Positions 8,901 to 17,977 of a stretch of 64,000 bases of DNA are shown here, one piece after another. The position numbers and the translations under genes are program-made. The first letter of the stretch is position 1; every line of letters begins with the position of its first letter. The stretch lies in IMG/VR virus record IMGVR_UViG_3300023199_000127, positions 64,001 to 128,000 of that record. The stretch is one strand, 5' to 3'. The notes under the pieces were generated by a model that searched no databases, was not told the origin of the DNA, and was given only the letters and a program-made list of their open reading frames with translations. This stretch comes from a virus.

Positions 8901-10443
8901 CCGACTCCTTGCTCACATGGATGCCCAGCAGGGCTCCATTGTGGACAAGTCCCTGTACGGCCACTACCCGGTCGTCCTAGAGTCCAAGCGACGCAACACT
9001 GTCCGCGGTGCCGATGGGTACTTCGGGCGCTCTCTGTACGTCGTTGGCGCCCAGGGTGGAGCTCAGATCGCCCAGAAGGGCGAGCTGGAGCCTAACACCG
9101 GCATCACTATCTCCTTCTTCACCAAGGCCTATGCCAACCCCAGTGCTGACTCCAGTGTCTGGGCCCATGGCACCGGCCTGGATGTCGCTATCGACACTGA
9201 GGGCCAGCTCAAGGTCACGGTGCCGGGCGGTGAACATATCCATACCGGGCAGCTGCTGGGCGTCAACAAGTGGCGTCCTGCCTGGGTGCAGCTGGACGTC
9301 ACGGGCAACCTCGTTCGGACCAGGGTCGGTACTGGCGCCTGGGAAGAGAGCTCCATGTCGCTGGGTATCCCGGATCTCAGCGACCTGCCGGTGGAGCTCG
9401 GCTTCGGCCTCTGGGGTCTTCTGGATGAGGTTGCCTTCCATCGTGAGCTTCTGGATACCGGCCTGTACGATAGCCTAACCAGTCTCACAGGCGTCAAGAG
9501 CGACCCGAATGAAAATGTGATCTGGGGTGGCAGCTCGTTGGCAGCAGCCAACGTGCGCCACACCTATGTGAATCGCAAGCACATTCTGACGCCCACCGGA
9601 GCTGTTGGGGGTGTCTCGGTTGGCGTGGAGGTATATGGAAAGACCTGGCCGGCGGAGTGTGCGTTCAAGTACACCGATATCTACAGTCGGGAAATCGACG
9701 CATCGAAGTATGAGAGCCAGGCATGTAAGACCAAGGGCCCCTTCCGGATTGGTAATCGAGTCCCGGATGGCGGTGTGAACCTGGCGTTGCTGGGCGCTCC
9801 CCCGATGAGCGTGCCCAATAACGTGTCCCTAACGGACATGTCTGACCGTGAGGCAGCGAACATCGCCTTCTATAACCAGGGACGATTCATTCAGACGGAT
9901 CCGACGATTACTGGTCAGAACAGCGGCGAGTTCTACTACTCGCCTCAGTTCGATACCAAGGAGGTCTACATCTCGAACCGCTCGGTCATGCGCCGGCAGT
10001 TCAAGCAGCCCGTGCCGCTCTTCTTCAAGTACCTTGTTGGTCGCGGGCGGTTCTATGTCTACCAGCCCGATGCGACCGATGCTACTGATGCCGATCTCAT
10101 CAGGAAATCCATCCAGGTGCAGGACAGACAGGGTCGAACCATCCCGCTCGAGGTTTTCCCCTGGGACATTACCGTCTCCAGGCTGGACTACTACGGTTCG
10201 ACTCTGCCTACCAACACCTTCTCGGTCGTTTTGTATACCGAGCGTATTCCTCTCGGTGAGACTCGATTCGTGGTCTACAATGGTGCTGATGCCCAGGACA
10301 GCTTCAAGACTGTCCCGGGCAAGCGAGAGGTAATCAACCCGGTCCCGATCTTCGAGCTCGATGAGAGCGGGGATCTGACCCGTTTCGAGTTTGATATGAA
10401 TCTGGATACTGGAGGCTTTTATGACCTCCGCATCGTGAGGTAA
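5959..10443 (+). CDS. 1494-aa virion protein with LamG-like domains (tail/baseplate fibre)
   Basis: LHHVAGG..EILLNGE and AHMD..GSIVDKS..GYFGRSL..ITISFF..LLDEVAF LamG-type patterns. Confidence 0.65.
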   Translation: MTFKPPDGKTSIEKIEDSQVQGFVFSDRTKQGVQGGSVRLLPQLTGNFQAIGAKWPVVASWDQQEEFPADIPNSVETRWDANHDPEFAVFSGYLKLNPTGQALFLEQSGTGVNGTKFSDVSPIIGYTLQFRAQVLNHATGDAVQGAMLLFDDGSKHDVLRLRSDGVYLESNEALGVVTDMKSSPKDVRLTVRGDDFWLWVEGNDGVYAENGLTQDSATGATKKLLLGSTGDVTADLRMDYLYQKHEAITDVPDSLDTGFGFSTDLQSTRLPAFYPKRYVDRFNKVLVDTSHGESEIQFESPYLFSEDFDSKTDNIDLLVIEPTIWSDVAGPSTGSGGLNVDFDGSDGVLWSSNQYVRFIGHVGELREDHYFQITYGRVRTGDGSFIDNGTDRFANNILMKDDGSSRYYYRIDWQDLTSFAGISLFIYKIDRTTSTASLKASQSWTSGADITTYRPDDGKKIRVEIRGRVISVYLDVLDGNGLVKQLEWEDTETSTLPPSDGDPGLWLGPRLTGGGQSTIRDLEVGNFEGGGSSTVTGTTRLKIEKSTDGGQTWGLAKSVSITSIPRQEVSLSDIAIDGLAKDALRFTVEQSSPGGLAEAIRVDQLTVKTDFKEPSLDVFPCWGPKVGGTNVALTIKEGAKALCATPPTESDHTKMYTEDSTDTGVASIYGSSMAAPPYGNVYGSPTVIGAPSLGLSTVEVPIADEAGYSSKSAQEVWGNSGDGVTYTLSPPGSGNQLLRGYLEVLKGAAYLQANTGQQHVFRNDTYQDTRRVGLVFSGGSLELIAAAFEADSHFRLHLENMAELTLTGTSTGAADAHRSLETWTIVDGLNTEGDTLLLSTKSTGEGLQLGLNADGRPFIRVSDGTTEEALTGEFPLTMGDLHHVAGGIVQYPDRDALEILLNGEICGQKESQVQFAAYGDGEQVQVAQGADPGSADSAGAVRLAEGRTRAQAPDSERRVVELGIADPFFGLDTNWPLRDSTRLLAHMDAQQGSIVDKSLYGHYPVVLESKRRNTVRGADGYFGRSLYVVGAQGGAQIAQKGELEPNTGITISFFTKAYANPSADSSVWAHGTGLDVAIDTEGQLKVTVPGGEHIHTGQLLGVNKWRPAWVQLDVTGNLVRTRVGTGAWEESSMSLGIPDLSDLPVELGFGLWGLLDEVAFHRELLDTGLYDSLTSLTGVKSDPNENVIWGGSSLAAANVRHTYVNRKHILTPTGAVGGVSVGVEVYGKTWPAECAFKYTDIYSREIDASKYESQACKTKGPFRIGNRVPDGGVNLALLGAPPMSVPNNVSLTDMSDREAANIAFYNQGRFIQTDPTITGQNSGEFYYSPQFDTKEVYISNRSVMRRQFKQPVPLFFKYLVGRGRFYVYQPDATDATDADLIRKSIQVQDRQGRTIPLEVFPWDITVSRLDYYGSTLPTNTFSVVLYTERIPLGETRFVVYNGADAQDSFKTVPGKREVINPVPIFELDESGDLTRFEFDMNLDTGGFYDLRIVR
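8675..8836 (+). CDS. Overprinted 53-aa basic protein nested in the +1 frame of the 1494-aa gene
   Basis: GGAG (8665-8668), 6 nt, GTG; MAKKNPKSNSQRTATGNKSKSRKGPTPDQLIPRERSDLRKDGPGHKLPTRNEG*. The host frame switches to CAA/GAA codons over this span. Confidence 0.6.
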   Translation: MAKKNPKSNSQRTATGNKSKSRKGPTPDQLIPRERSDLRKDGPGHKLPTRNEG

Positions 10444-10445
10444 TC

Positions 10446-11012
10446 ATGGCTGAAACTCTTCGTACATATGCGCAGATGCTGACAGTTCTCGCCGACAACT
10501 CTGCCGGCGAGATCTCTGCTGCTGATCTGCGCTCGTCGCTGGCTAGCTTGACTCAGCTATGGGGCAGCTTCAGCATGTATCAGAGGACGAACTTTAGCCT
10601 CATCTCTGGTGAGGCCATCGTGACCTACGACCTCAAGACTGCCAGTGCTGCGCCCAGTGGTGTATTGTCTGGCACCGCAGGGACTGGAAGATGGACTGTC
10701 CCCACTAACGGGAATGGCTACTATCGCATTTCCTACGGTGGTGCATTGGAGCCTGGTAGATGGTCTGGGGATGGGCAGTATAGCCTCAGCATCTACAGGA
10801 ACGGTTCAGTGCTACTCAACGCACCTAGCCTGTATATGTCGGTCCATGAGAGTCTTGGGGGTATCGACTCCACTAACTCTGTTGCAGGCGAAGTCTTTGT
10901 CTTGTGCTCGGATGGCGACATCATTGACATGCGCCTCGACAAGGTCGACGGTAGCTCCGACTCCACGGTAGACATGAACACTGCCTTCTTGCTCATGCAG
11001 CGCATGCAGTAA
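10446..11012 (+). CDS. C1q/TNF-like virion fibre protein
   Basis: GRWTVPTNGNGYYRISY ... LSIYRNG ... VLCSDGDIIDMRL match the C1q strand pattern. Confidence 0.55.
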   Translation: MAETLRTYAQMLTVLADNSAGEISAADLRSSLASLTQLWGSFSMYQRTNFSLISGEAIVTYDLKTASAAPSGVLSGTAGTGRWTVPTNGNGYYRISYGGALEPGRWSGDGQYSLSIYRNGSVLLNAPSLYMSVHESLGGIDSTNSVAGEVFVLCSDGDIIDMRLDKVDGSSDSTVDMNTAFLLMQRMQ

Positions 11013-11018
11013 ACACCA

Positions 11019-12437
11019 ATGGTTGCCGAGTACAATAGCGCCTTTAACGAGGACTTCTTCATTGAGACCGCTGGCTCCGGATCAGGAGGTGGTGCAGGTG
11101 GTGCAGGTGGTGACTCAGGCTCTGAAGAGGCACCGTCCTCAGGTGGGTCAATTAGTGGTGGTAGCACGCCGGCCGTCGGAAGTACACCCACTGGCTTCGT
11201 CCCCGACTTTCTGCTGGAAAGTCCTGCCTTCAACCGTGCTCCTGCACTCGCGATCTACACGCCCAACGACGATATCCAGACTACAGATATCGTCTTGACC
11301 TCCGCTAAGGTGCGCCTCTGGGAGAGTCCTACCTGGCATGAGGTTAACTATGTCGGGCGCTCCATCAAAGAGGTAGTGGAAGAGATTAACCAGAGCTCAC
11401 AGCGATACTTCGCTGTCGAGCTCAATCAGTTGCCTGAGCTGGTCAGTAACGATTTGTTCCTGAATGATGGGGACTTCTCCCCCGACCTTGGTGCTATCGT
11501 TCGACTCAATGGTCACTCGTTCTCCTACCAGACCCAGACTCGCCTCAGGCTTCTGGCCCCGTATGAGGATGATCGTAGAAAGCCGTGGTATGGACGTGTG
11601 TCTGTGGGCGAGGTGGTGAAGGTCTTGAATGGAGTCCGACATGTGTTCCGTGTGCCGGAATACACTGACCAGCCCTGGTCTCACTACTACGGTAAGCCCT
11701 ACGTGGATATTCAGGATGTGCGTCCGGTGTTTGTGGACGGCAGGACTCTACGAGCTCCGCGCCGGCCTCTCTACTGGCTCCACAACAATATCGTCGTCCG
11801 TGTCAATGGCATCGCCCAGCCCTCCAGCATTATCGAGGATGTTGATGTTGAGAACGGCTTCATTTTCCTGGCCACAGAACTAGATCCTGGTGACCCCACG
11901 CTCCTTTCCTTTACCTACAAGGAAACGAGCCTGGTGTACAAGGGAATCAATGTCAATCCTTCGGTGGATCAACTACCTCAGTTCATTGGGCAGCATATCG
12001 TCTACTTCCTACGGCCTCAGGGTGATTCCCTCGGCCGTACCTGGGAGGAGTGTGTTTTCCATAGCGTGGCTCCTACGCTGGATGGTGCTATCTCTCAGAT
12101 CGAGGTCAGCGATGATGAGCCGGTGCTCCTCCTGGGAGCACTACAGGTTCGTCAGGCCAATGTGGTCGATGACGTGAGCATTACGGACACTAGGACAGTG
12201 GGCGGTGGTCTCAAGGATGATGAGCTCGAGCGAAGCAAGAAGCTCAATCGAGCCATGCAGGCTGTTACCGATCTTGGTAATCTGGATGGGGTCCCGTATC
12301 CTGGGAACGCGGTTGTCCTCGTGGATCTACCGGACTCCGTTCGTACTGCTATGACTAAAGACGAGCTCATGGAACGCATTAAGCGACACATCGCCTTCGG
12401 CGTGGTGCCGCTGGTGAACTTCAGGAGGGCAGACTAG
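11019..12437 (+). CDS. Putative baseplate/virion protein
   Basis: 472 aa; Gly/Ser-rich N-terminal linker; operon context. Confidence 0.55.
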   Translation: MVAEYNSAFNEDFFIETAGSGSGGGAGGAGGDSGSEEAPSSGGSISGGSTPAVGSTPTGFVPDFLLESPAFNRAPALAIYTPNDDIQTTDIVLTSAKVRLWESPTWHEVNYVGRSIKEVVEEINQSSQRYFAVELNQLPELVSNDLFLNDGDFSPDLGAIVRLNGHSFSYQTQTRLRLLAPYEDDRRKPWYGRVSVGEVVKVLNGVRHVFRVPEYTDQPWSHYYGKPYVDIQDVRPVFVDGRTLRAPRRPLYWLHNNIVVRVNGIAQPSSIIEDVDVENGFIFLATELDPGDPTLLSFTYKETSLVYKGINVNPSVDQLPQFIGQHIVYFLRPQGDSLGRTWEECVFHSVAPTLDGAISQIEVSDDEPVLLLGALQVRQANVVDDVSITDTRTVGGGLKDDELERSKKLNRAMQAVTDLGNLDGVPYPGNAVVLVDLPDSVRTAMTKDELMERIKRHIAFGVVPLVNFRRAD

Positions 12438-15013
12438 TGCCCCTGCTCGATGCACTTCTTGACACCCTCCCCGGCGCACAGCGTAATGCCATTGATGCAT
12501 TGCTAGAGCAGCTACAGGAGCGTGGAAACACCACAGATCTACGTAAGCTGTCTAGAGAGGTGTCAGAGAAGGTAAACGAGGACCCCCGAGGTCCGACGTT
12601 CTTCCCCATCAAGGTTACGCCTGTCGCACGAGTTTCGTCACAGCTGTGGAACGATATCCAGCAGCGCATCTATCTGGACATGGTTACCATGTACACCCAG
12701 GTGCGTGCAATCGATCAGCAGGTGAAGAGCCAGGGTCAGATTACACAGAACGAGCTCATTAGAGCTCGTTCTGCACTGCACAAGATCATCCAGCAGGTAC
12801 GGGTTTACCAGTTCCTGCAGGAAAACCCCGAGTACCAGGATGTCCGCTTTGTGGACTTCATCGATGGTCGCAATGAGGCTGACCGTCCTCCGCGCGCTAA
12901 GGTGGACACAAGTGTCCAAAGACTGGAGCTCCCTGCCCGCCGACGCGCCCGCCTTGAGGGACGGAATGTGAATTTGAAACAGACTACGGTGACCACTGAG
13001 AATGTGGGCGGTGGCGTGGCTGGCGGGATGATTAAGGACTTTAAGCCCGAGAACATGCTCGACGGTGATCCGGATACGTTCTGGGCGGAGATGGTCTTGG
13101 CAGACGGCGTGATTCTCCAGGACTATAGCGCTTCGTGGGGCGTGCGCCGCTCACAAGGTGCGATCGGTGAGGTCAAGCTCAAGCTGAGCCAGACGTCGCG
13201 TATCAACAATGTCCGGATCCTGCCCTTTGGGCAGTTCCCGGTCAAGATCGTCGATGTGGCATACAAGACGTCAGAGACCGATGATCACTGGGAGACAATC
13301 CCGGACTTCGCGGTTACTGAGTCCACCCTAGGATGGCTCGAGTTCGATTTCTCTCCTCGTATGATGTCCGAGATCATCATTGTTATTGAGCAGCCCAATT
13401 ACACTCGGAACATCTACCATCTTCCCAGGAAGACTGCAGCGAACCATGTGTTCTGGGAGCAGGTGCTGGACTCTAAGTTCGATAGCACGATTCATACGAT
13501 CCGACTCGATACTGAAGGCGCCGGCAAGGTGGAGGCAGATCCCTCCAAGCTCGCGCACCTGAACGCACTGGAGCTTGTGAATGAGGAGCTTGCCGATATG
13601 GCACTCCGCGAGGAGCGTACTAAGCGCTACGAGCTCTCCTCTAAGCTCCTGGACGCTCAGGGCAAGGTGTTCTCCGAGACTGATCCCTCCAAGCAGGGAG
13701 AAGTGAAGGAACCTGTGGATGGAACACAGGTTCCGGATAACAACGACGTGCTGGATGTGCGTAAGTATGAGTACATGTATGGCATTCGCCAGATCGCACT
13801 CAACCAAGTGCTGTATGAGCCCTTCGCCTTCTACTCGTCTCCGAAGATGAACCCTGGTGCTACTGTGCTTTCCGTGGAGCTTGATACCAACGAGGAGCAT
13901 GTGACCTATCGGGACCCTCACGGCATCTATCGTCGTACCTCCGTAGAGTACGAAATTGCCGTGGCTGACAACCAGTCCTTCCCCATTCTGCCGGCTAACG
14001 TAGCCAACAGGACGGTGCAGGATGAGTACATCTTCGTTGATCGTCGCACCAGAACCGGATGGACCCGCTTCCCTGTGGATAGCCTTGGTGCAGTGGTGAG
14101 GCGCAATGGTGTGCGCCTCTTGTTCTCCGAGTACACACTAACGGTGGACTCTACGAAGAATGGCCGCGCTAAGTTGGTGGTGGTGCCCGGTGCTTACGAC
14201 CCCAATGCGGTATACACCATCACCTATCCGGCGACCATTGGGTCGACGAAGCTGGATCTAGATGCCAATGTGGTATCCACCCCGCTCTCTGATGCTGACG
14301 AGTTCAGCGAAACGGATAGGAATTCCAGCATCTTGCTAAGTGCCTATCCGTATATCGAGCGTGAGATCCTCAATTCGTCCCAGTGGCTCCAGGACGACGA
14401 GAACGACGCACGCTGGCGCTTCTCCCCGAGCCAGACAGATATCACCTCGGCCGACGGATCCACCGTCGAACTCACTGATGGGTCCCCGATTGTGATTGGT
14501 ACGGGGACTGACTTCACCCAACTCGACGCCGACAAGATCAACGTCTTCAGGGCGAAGGGTGATAGCGTGGTCTACAAGATTGCGTCAATTGACTCTGCTG
14601 TGCAGATCACGCTGGAAAAGAATTACGTCGGCAGCGGAACCGGTATCGGTTACGCAGCCGGCGAGGGTGTGGAGATTGATGGAGTCCTTTATGGCCTCAA
14701 CTCCAACATCTATGAGCCGGTCCAGGTATTCGTCAACGACCAGAAGGCCTTCAATCTGACCAACTATCTAACCCTGGAACATCAGGCATTTACCCCTATC
14801 CAGGAGAGTGGTAGAAGGTTCCAATTCATCCACGCTGGTAGGCGTTTGTACTTCAATACGCCTATTCAGGGTGCTAAGATCGAGGTATTCTACAGCTGGA
14901 GAGCTCAGTACCTGCAGTTGAAAGCGGTCCTCCGTAGCAACATCCCCGTGCTCACGGAGGTTACCCCTAAGCTGGTGGACTACAAGCTCAAGCTAAAGAC
15001 TACAAGCCTGTAA
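12437..15013 (+). CDS. Virion protein, discoidin-like (paralog A)
   Basis: 858 aa; ENMLDGDPDTFW motif, YMYGIRQI, C-terminal TPKLVDYKL. Confidence 0.6.
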   Translation: MPLLDALLDTLPGAQRNAIDALLEQLQERGNTTDLRKLSREVSEKVNEDPRGPTFFPIKVTPVARVSSQLWNDIQQRIYLDMVTMYTQVRAIDQQVKSQGQITQNELIRARSALHKIIQQVRVYQFLQENPEYQDVRFVDFIDGRNEADRPPRAKVDTSVQRLELPARRRARLEGRNVNLKQTTVTTENVGGGVAGGMIKDFKPENMLDGDPDTFWAEMVLADGVILQDYSASWGVRRSQGAIGEVKLKLSQTSRINNVRILPFGQFPVKIVDVAYKTSETDDHWETIPDFAVTESTLGWLEFDFSPRMMSEIIIVIEQPNYTRNIYHLPRKTAANHVFWEQVLDSKFDSTIHTIRLDTEGAGKVEADPSKLAHLNALELVNEELADMALREERTKRYELSSKLLDAQGKVFSETDPSKQGEVKEPVDGTQVPDNNDVLDVRKYEYMYGIRQIALNQVLYEPFAFYSSPKMNPGATVLSVELDTNEEHVTYRDPHGIYRRTSVEYEIAVADNQSFPILPANVANRTVQDEYIFVDRRTRTGWTRFPVDSLGAVVRRNGVRLLFSEYTLTVDSTKNGRAKLVVVPGAYDPNAVYTITYPATIGSTKLDLDANVVSTPLSDADEFSETDRNSSILLSAYPYIEREILNSSQWLQDDENDARWRFSPSQTDITSADGSTVELTDGSPIVIGTGTDFTQLDADKINVFRAKGDSVVYKIASIDSAVQITLEKNYVGSGTGIGYAAGEGVEIDGVLYGLNSNIYEPVQVFVNDQKAFNLTNYLTLEHQAFTPIQESGRRFQFIHAGRRLYFNTPIQGAKIEVFYSWRAQYLQLKAVLRSNIPVLTEVTPKLVDYKLKLKTTSL

Positions 15014-15022
15014 GGAGATCCA

Positions 15023-15190
15023 ATGCCCGAACCGAAAAGACGTCAGAAAATGCCCGCGCGAGACAATCGCGACAAGACGAAAATCGTCCGCGAAGCTCAG
15101 AAGGAGTATCGCGAGGGCAAGCAGGACAGAAAAGAATGGCCCGGTGGCCCCAGTCGGGCTCCTGGTGCCCCCGAACCGAAGGGTGGTTAA
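15023..15190 (+). CDS. 55-aa basic protein
   Basis: TAAGGAG SD at 15011-15017; MPEPKRRQKMPARDNRDKTKIVREAQKEYREGKQDRKEWPGGPSRAPGAPEPKGG*. Confidence 0.7.
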   Translation: MPEPKRRQKMPARDNRDKTKIVREAQKEYREGKQDRKEWPGGPSRAPGAPEPKGG

Positions 15191-15191
15191 T

Positions 15192-15257
15192 ATGGCCAAG
15201 AAGAAGGACCGACCCAAGAAAAAGCCCTCCAAGAAGGGCAAGAAGAAGGGCTACTAA
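15192..15257 (+). CDS. 21-aa Lys-rich peptide
   Basis: MAKKKDRPKKKPSKKGKKKGY*; AAG-rich; TAATG overlap with the next ORF. Confidence 0.6.
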   Translation: MAKKKDRPKKKPSKKGKKKGY

Positions 15258-15394
15258 TGCCCAAGGGCAGCAAGGTCGACAAGATCTACCGTGCTCTGCG
15301 CGAAGAGGGTATGTCTCGTGAAAAGGCTGCCCGTATCGCGCAGGACAGAAGTGGTCAGTCACTAAAGACCGGCAAGAAGCCCAAGAAGAAGTAG
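15257..15394 (+). CDS. 45-aa basic helical protein
   Basis: MPKGSKVDKIYRALREEGMSREKAARIAQDRSGQSLKTGKKPKKK*; stop abuts the next ATG. Confidence 0.7.
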   Translation: MPKGSKVDKIYRALREEGMSREKAARIAQDRSGQSLKTGKKPKKK

Positions 15395-16984
15395 ATGTTC
15401 AAGCTCCGCAATCCCAACCAGTCCCGCCTGGCTAACGCACGTCTAGGTATGTTCATGCAGCGCCTCCGTGAGAGCCTCACGGAGAGCGCCGACCTTTCTA
15501 CCCTCAGGCAGAAGATGGCTGAACTGTTCAAGCAGTTCTTTCAGTCTGGTGGGACCACTAACATCGATCTTGATAGAGTCCTGCTCAGTAAGACAGCACT
15601 TCCCTCTGTCCGTGAGTGGAACGAGCTCATGGACATGATCGAGAACGATATCACTGCTGGCTTCCAGGAGCTCGAGGCCCTGAACGAGATGGCTGTTGCC
15701 GCCAGCAATATGGGATCTGTGCTGGTTAATGACCTGCGCGAGCGAGTCTCCGTTGCGGCTTCCAAGGTCATTGATGTCAGGCTCAAGAGTGGACAGTTGA
15801 ACGAGCAGCTGATTGTAGCCGGCGACGACTTCAATGATCTGTCACTGGTGGATGTGAACTTCGCCCTCCAGAACCCTCAGGCACAGGTTATTACTGGTCA
15901 GGGTGCAGTGACGCTAGCCAGAGCAGAAGCGCTCAATCTGATCAACCCGGATAATGTCCAGGTGCAGGTCAAGCCGCTGAATCAGAACATCACCACAGGG
16001 CCTACTCCCGACAACACCAACCGTTTCTATGAGGGGAACTTCTTCGACTTCCTTGGCAAGGCTCGCCCTGAAGGTGGTCAGTTCCACCTCGAGGAGAAAG
16101 CGAAGCCCGGCGTAGCTCGTCAGGGTGACGGTGGTATTCGTGTCCTGGACCTCGAGCAAGGTGGTTTCTTCGATCAGGTAGGGGATCTGCGACGTCTCAA
16201 CGAAGACGTTAACAGAGACGGCCTGCCCTATAAGCCCGAAGACATCCTGGTCATTGATCGTGGGGCCACTCAGGAAGAGAAAGCCGAACAGCGTCGTAAG
16301 ATGCTGGACGGCAACCCCGATACCTTCTGGGAGTGTGAAGTGGTGCAGCGTGCTGAGGAGCTCAGCCGGCTTGCACGCGGCAATCCCATCGAAGGCACCA
16401 ACGGCAACCCGGATGACCGATACTTCATTCAGGAGTATGCCAAGGGCGCTATAGACGCCCTTCTGCCTAACTCGGCACAGCCTAGCTCCTCGAATGTCCT
16501 TCGGGAGCCGGAACCCCTGGATGATCCTGCCACTCCCGACACACTGAGGGCTAAGGCAGCTTCCGCAGAGATCGATAGATTCGATCTTGAGATCGAGATC
16601 CAGCTCAGACTGCCGTCTCCTCAGCCACTGAACTTCCTGACGCTGAATCCATACAACTTCGACGAGACTGCATGGCTGGAAGTCTTCGAAATCTCCACTT
16701 CTCCCGATGAGAGCTCGGCCTTTGAGCTGATCGAGGGGTTCGCGACCAACCAGTTCGAGAACACCCTAACCGATGAGGCCAATGAAGAGCTGTCCCCGGA
16801 AGAGGCCAAGGTGGTCCTGTCTCCCAACCGATATGCCTACAGGGGCCAGGGTTTCTGGAGCTTCCCGGTACGTACCGTGCGACTGATCAAGTTCAAGATC
16901 CGGCAGAGAACGCCAGTCCCTAACCCGTACCAGCGCGTGATTGTTCAGCTTCGTCGACAGTTGACGAAGACCGTGAGTAAGTAA
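15395..16984 (+). CDS. Virion protein paralog B, N-terminal part
   Basis: 529 aa; KMLDGNPDTFWE shared with paralog A; lacks the family C-terminal motifs. Confidence 0.6.
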   Translation: MFKLRNPNQSRLANARLGMFMQRLRESLTESADLSTLRQKMAELFKQFFQSGGTTNIDLDRVLLSKTALPSVREWNELMDMIENDITAGFQELEALNEMAVAASNMGSVLVNDLRERVSVAASKVIDVRLKSGQLNEQLIVAGDDFNDLSLVDVNFALQNPQAQVITGQGAVTLARAEALNLINPDNVQVQVKPLNQNITTGPTPDNTNRFYEGNFFDFLGKARPEGGQFHLEEKAKPGVARQGDGGIRVLDLEQGGFFDQVGDLRRLNEDVNRDGLPYKPEDILVIDRGATQEEKAEQRRKMLDGNPDTFWECEVVQRAEELSRLARGNPIEGTNGNPDDRYFIQEYAKGAIDALLPNSAQPSSSNVLREPEPLDDPATPDTLRAKAASAEIDRFDLEIEIQLRLPSPQPLNFLTLNPYNFDETAWLEVFEISTSPDESSAFELIEGFATNQFENTLTDEANEELSPEEAKVVLSPNRYAYRGQGFWSFPVRTVRLIKFKIRQRTPVPNPYQRVIVQLRRQLTKTVSK

Positions 16985-17049
16985 TTCTGGGTAGAAATGT
17001 TGAGATCCTTTCTGACTCCGGGTTAGGATAGGATCCAAGGTAGACGTAG

Positions 17050-17241
17050 ATGGCAATCAAGAAGATCACCTTCGCAGCCCGCGGGACCAATTTCCTGCGC
17101 GTGACTGAGACCCTCGATACATACGAGATCGCGTATGTAAGCGATGGCCCCGTCATTCAACTGCACCATGATCCGGACACCATCACTCGTCTGCTTGCCG
17201 ATATTCATATTGAAGGCTGGCAGGTGAGAGATGGGGACTAA
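17050..17241 (+). CDS. 63-aa protein inside the insert that splits paralog B
   Basis: Normal phage codon usage; AGGT upstream; overlaps the next start. Confidence 0.55.
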   Translation: MAIKKITFAARGTNFLRVTETLDTYEIAYVSDGPVIQLHHDPDTITRLLADIHIEGWQVRDGD

Positions 17242-17968
17242 GACCTACTTCCAGTCCCTCACTCGAGAAGTCCGGTTCTCGTATCTCCAGACGTTGCAGC
17301 TGGTCTCCGACCAGGTCAACGCTGGAGAGCTTGCTGGTGAGACGCAGGGTTTCTCGCTAAGCGCCAACCGCACTAAGGGTGGGCGTTCCGGGTTCCTGGG
17401 CATTGGCGCCAAAGGCGCATCTTCCTCCTCCGTTTCCGTAGATGATTCAGGATGGATCATCTCTCGTACATGGCAGGAGACCTTCTACGATCGCATTCGG
17501 TACTCCATCGGCATTCGTGACATCGGTGCCTTCTCGTACCGCTTCGAGCCGAGCTCAGAACTCGTCTCTCTGCCTTTCCGTTCACCCAGGGAGCTCCTTA
17601 AGATAGAGCTCAGGGTGGATGAGTTCATCCCCAGTGTCCTGCCGAACAACCGTAGGTGGATCGAGTACTACGTATCCATTGATAACGGACAGGACTGGAT
17701 CAGGATGAATCCGCTGGATCATCCGACGCTCTTCAACGACGCCGGCAATATCGTCCCGCGGACCCTTACTCTCAATCTTGATGACGGTGGTCCGCAAGGT
17801 GATGCCGTCACCGCAATGAAGACGGAGCGGCCTGTGTACGAAGCCAGGTTCCGGGCTGTCTTCTTTAATGATCCCACGTTGCCGGACGGGGATCGCTTCA
17901 GCCCGGTACTAAAGGGGTATCGACTGTTGATGCTGCCGAGAGGTGGCCTTAGTGATGCCGGCATCTAA
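17231..17968 (+). CDS. Virion protein paralog B, C-terminal part
   Basis: Same frame as 15395..16984; RYSIGIRDI, WIEYYVS and SPVLKGYRL match the C-terminal motifs of paralogs A and C. Confidence 0.6.
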   Translation: MGTKTYFQSLTREVRFSYLQTLQLVSDQVNAGELAGETQGFSLSANRTKGGRSGFLGIGAKGASSSSVSVDDSGWIISRTWQETFYDRIRYSIGIRDIGAFSYRFEPSSELVSLPFRSPRELLKIELRVDEFIPSVLPNNRRWIEYYVSIDNGQDWIRMNPLDHPTLFNDAGNIVPRTLTLNLDDGGPQGDAVTAMKTERPVYEARFRAVFFNDPTLPDGDRFSPVLKGYRLLMLPRGGLSDAGI

Positions 17969-17977
17969 GGGGTAGAT

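Noticed and set aside
16973-17230. GTGAGT/GTAAGT...CAG spliceosomal-like sites, or a canonical group I intron
   Set aside because: Prokaryotic SD-led genome; CAG|GTG joins fall out of frame; no recognisable P7/R/S core.
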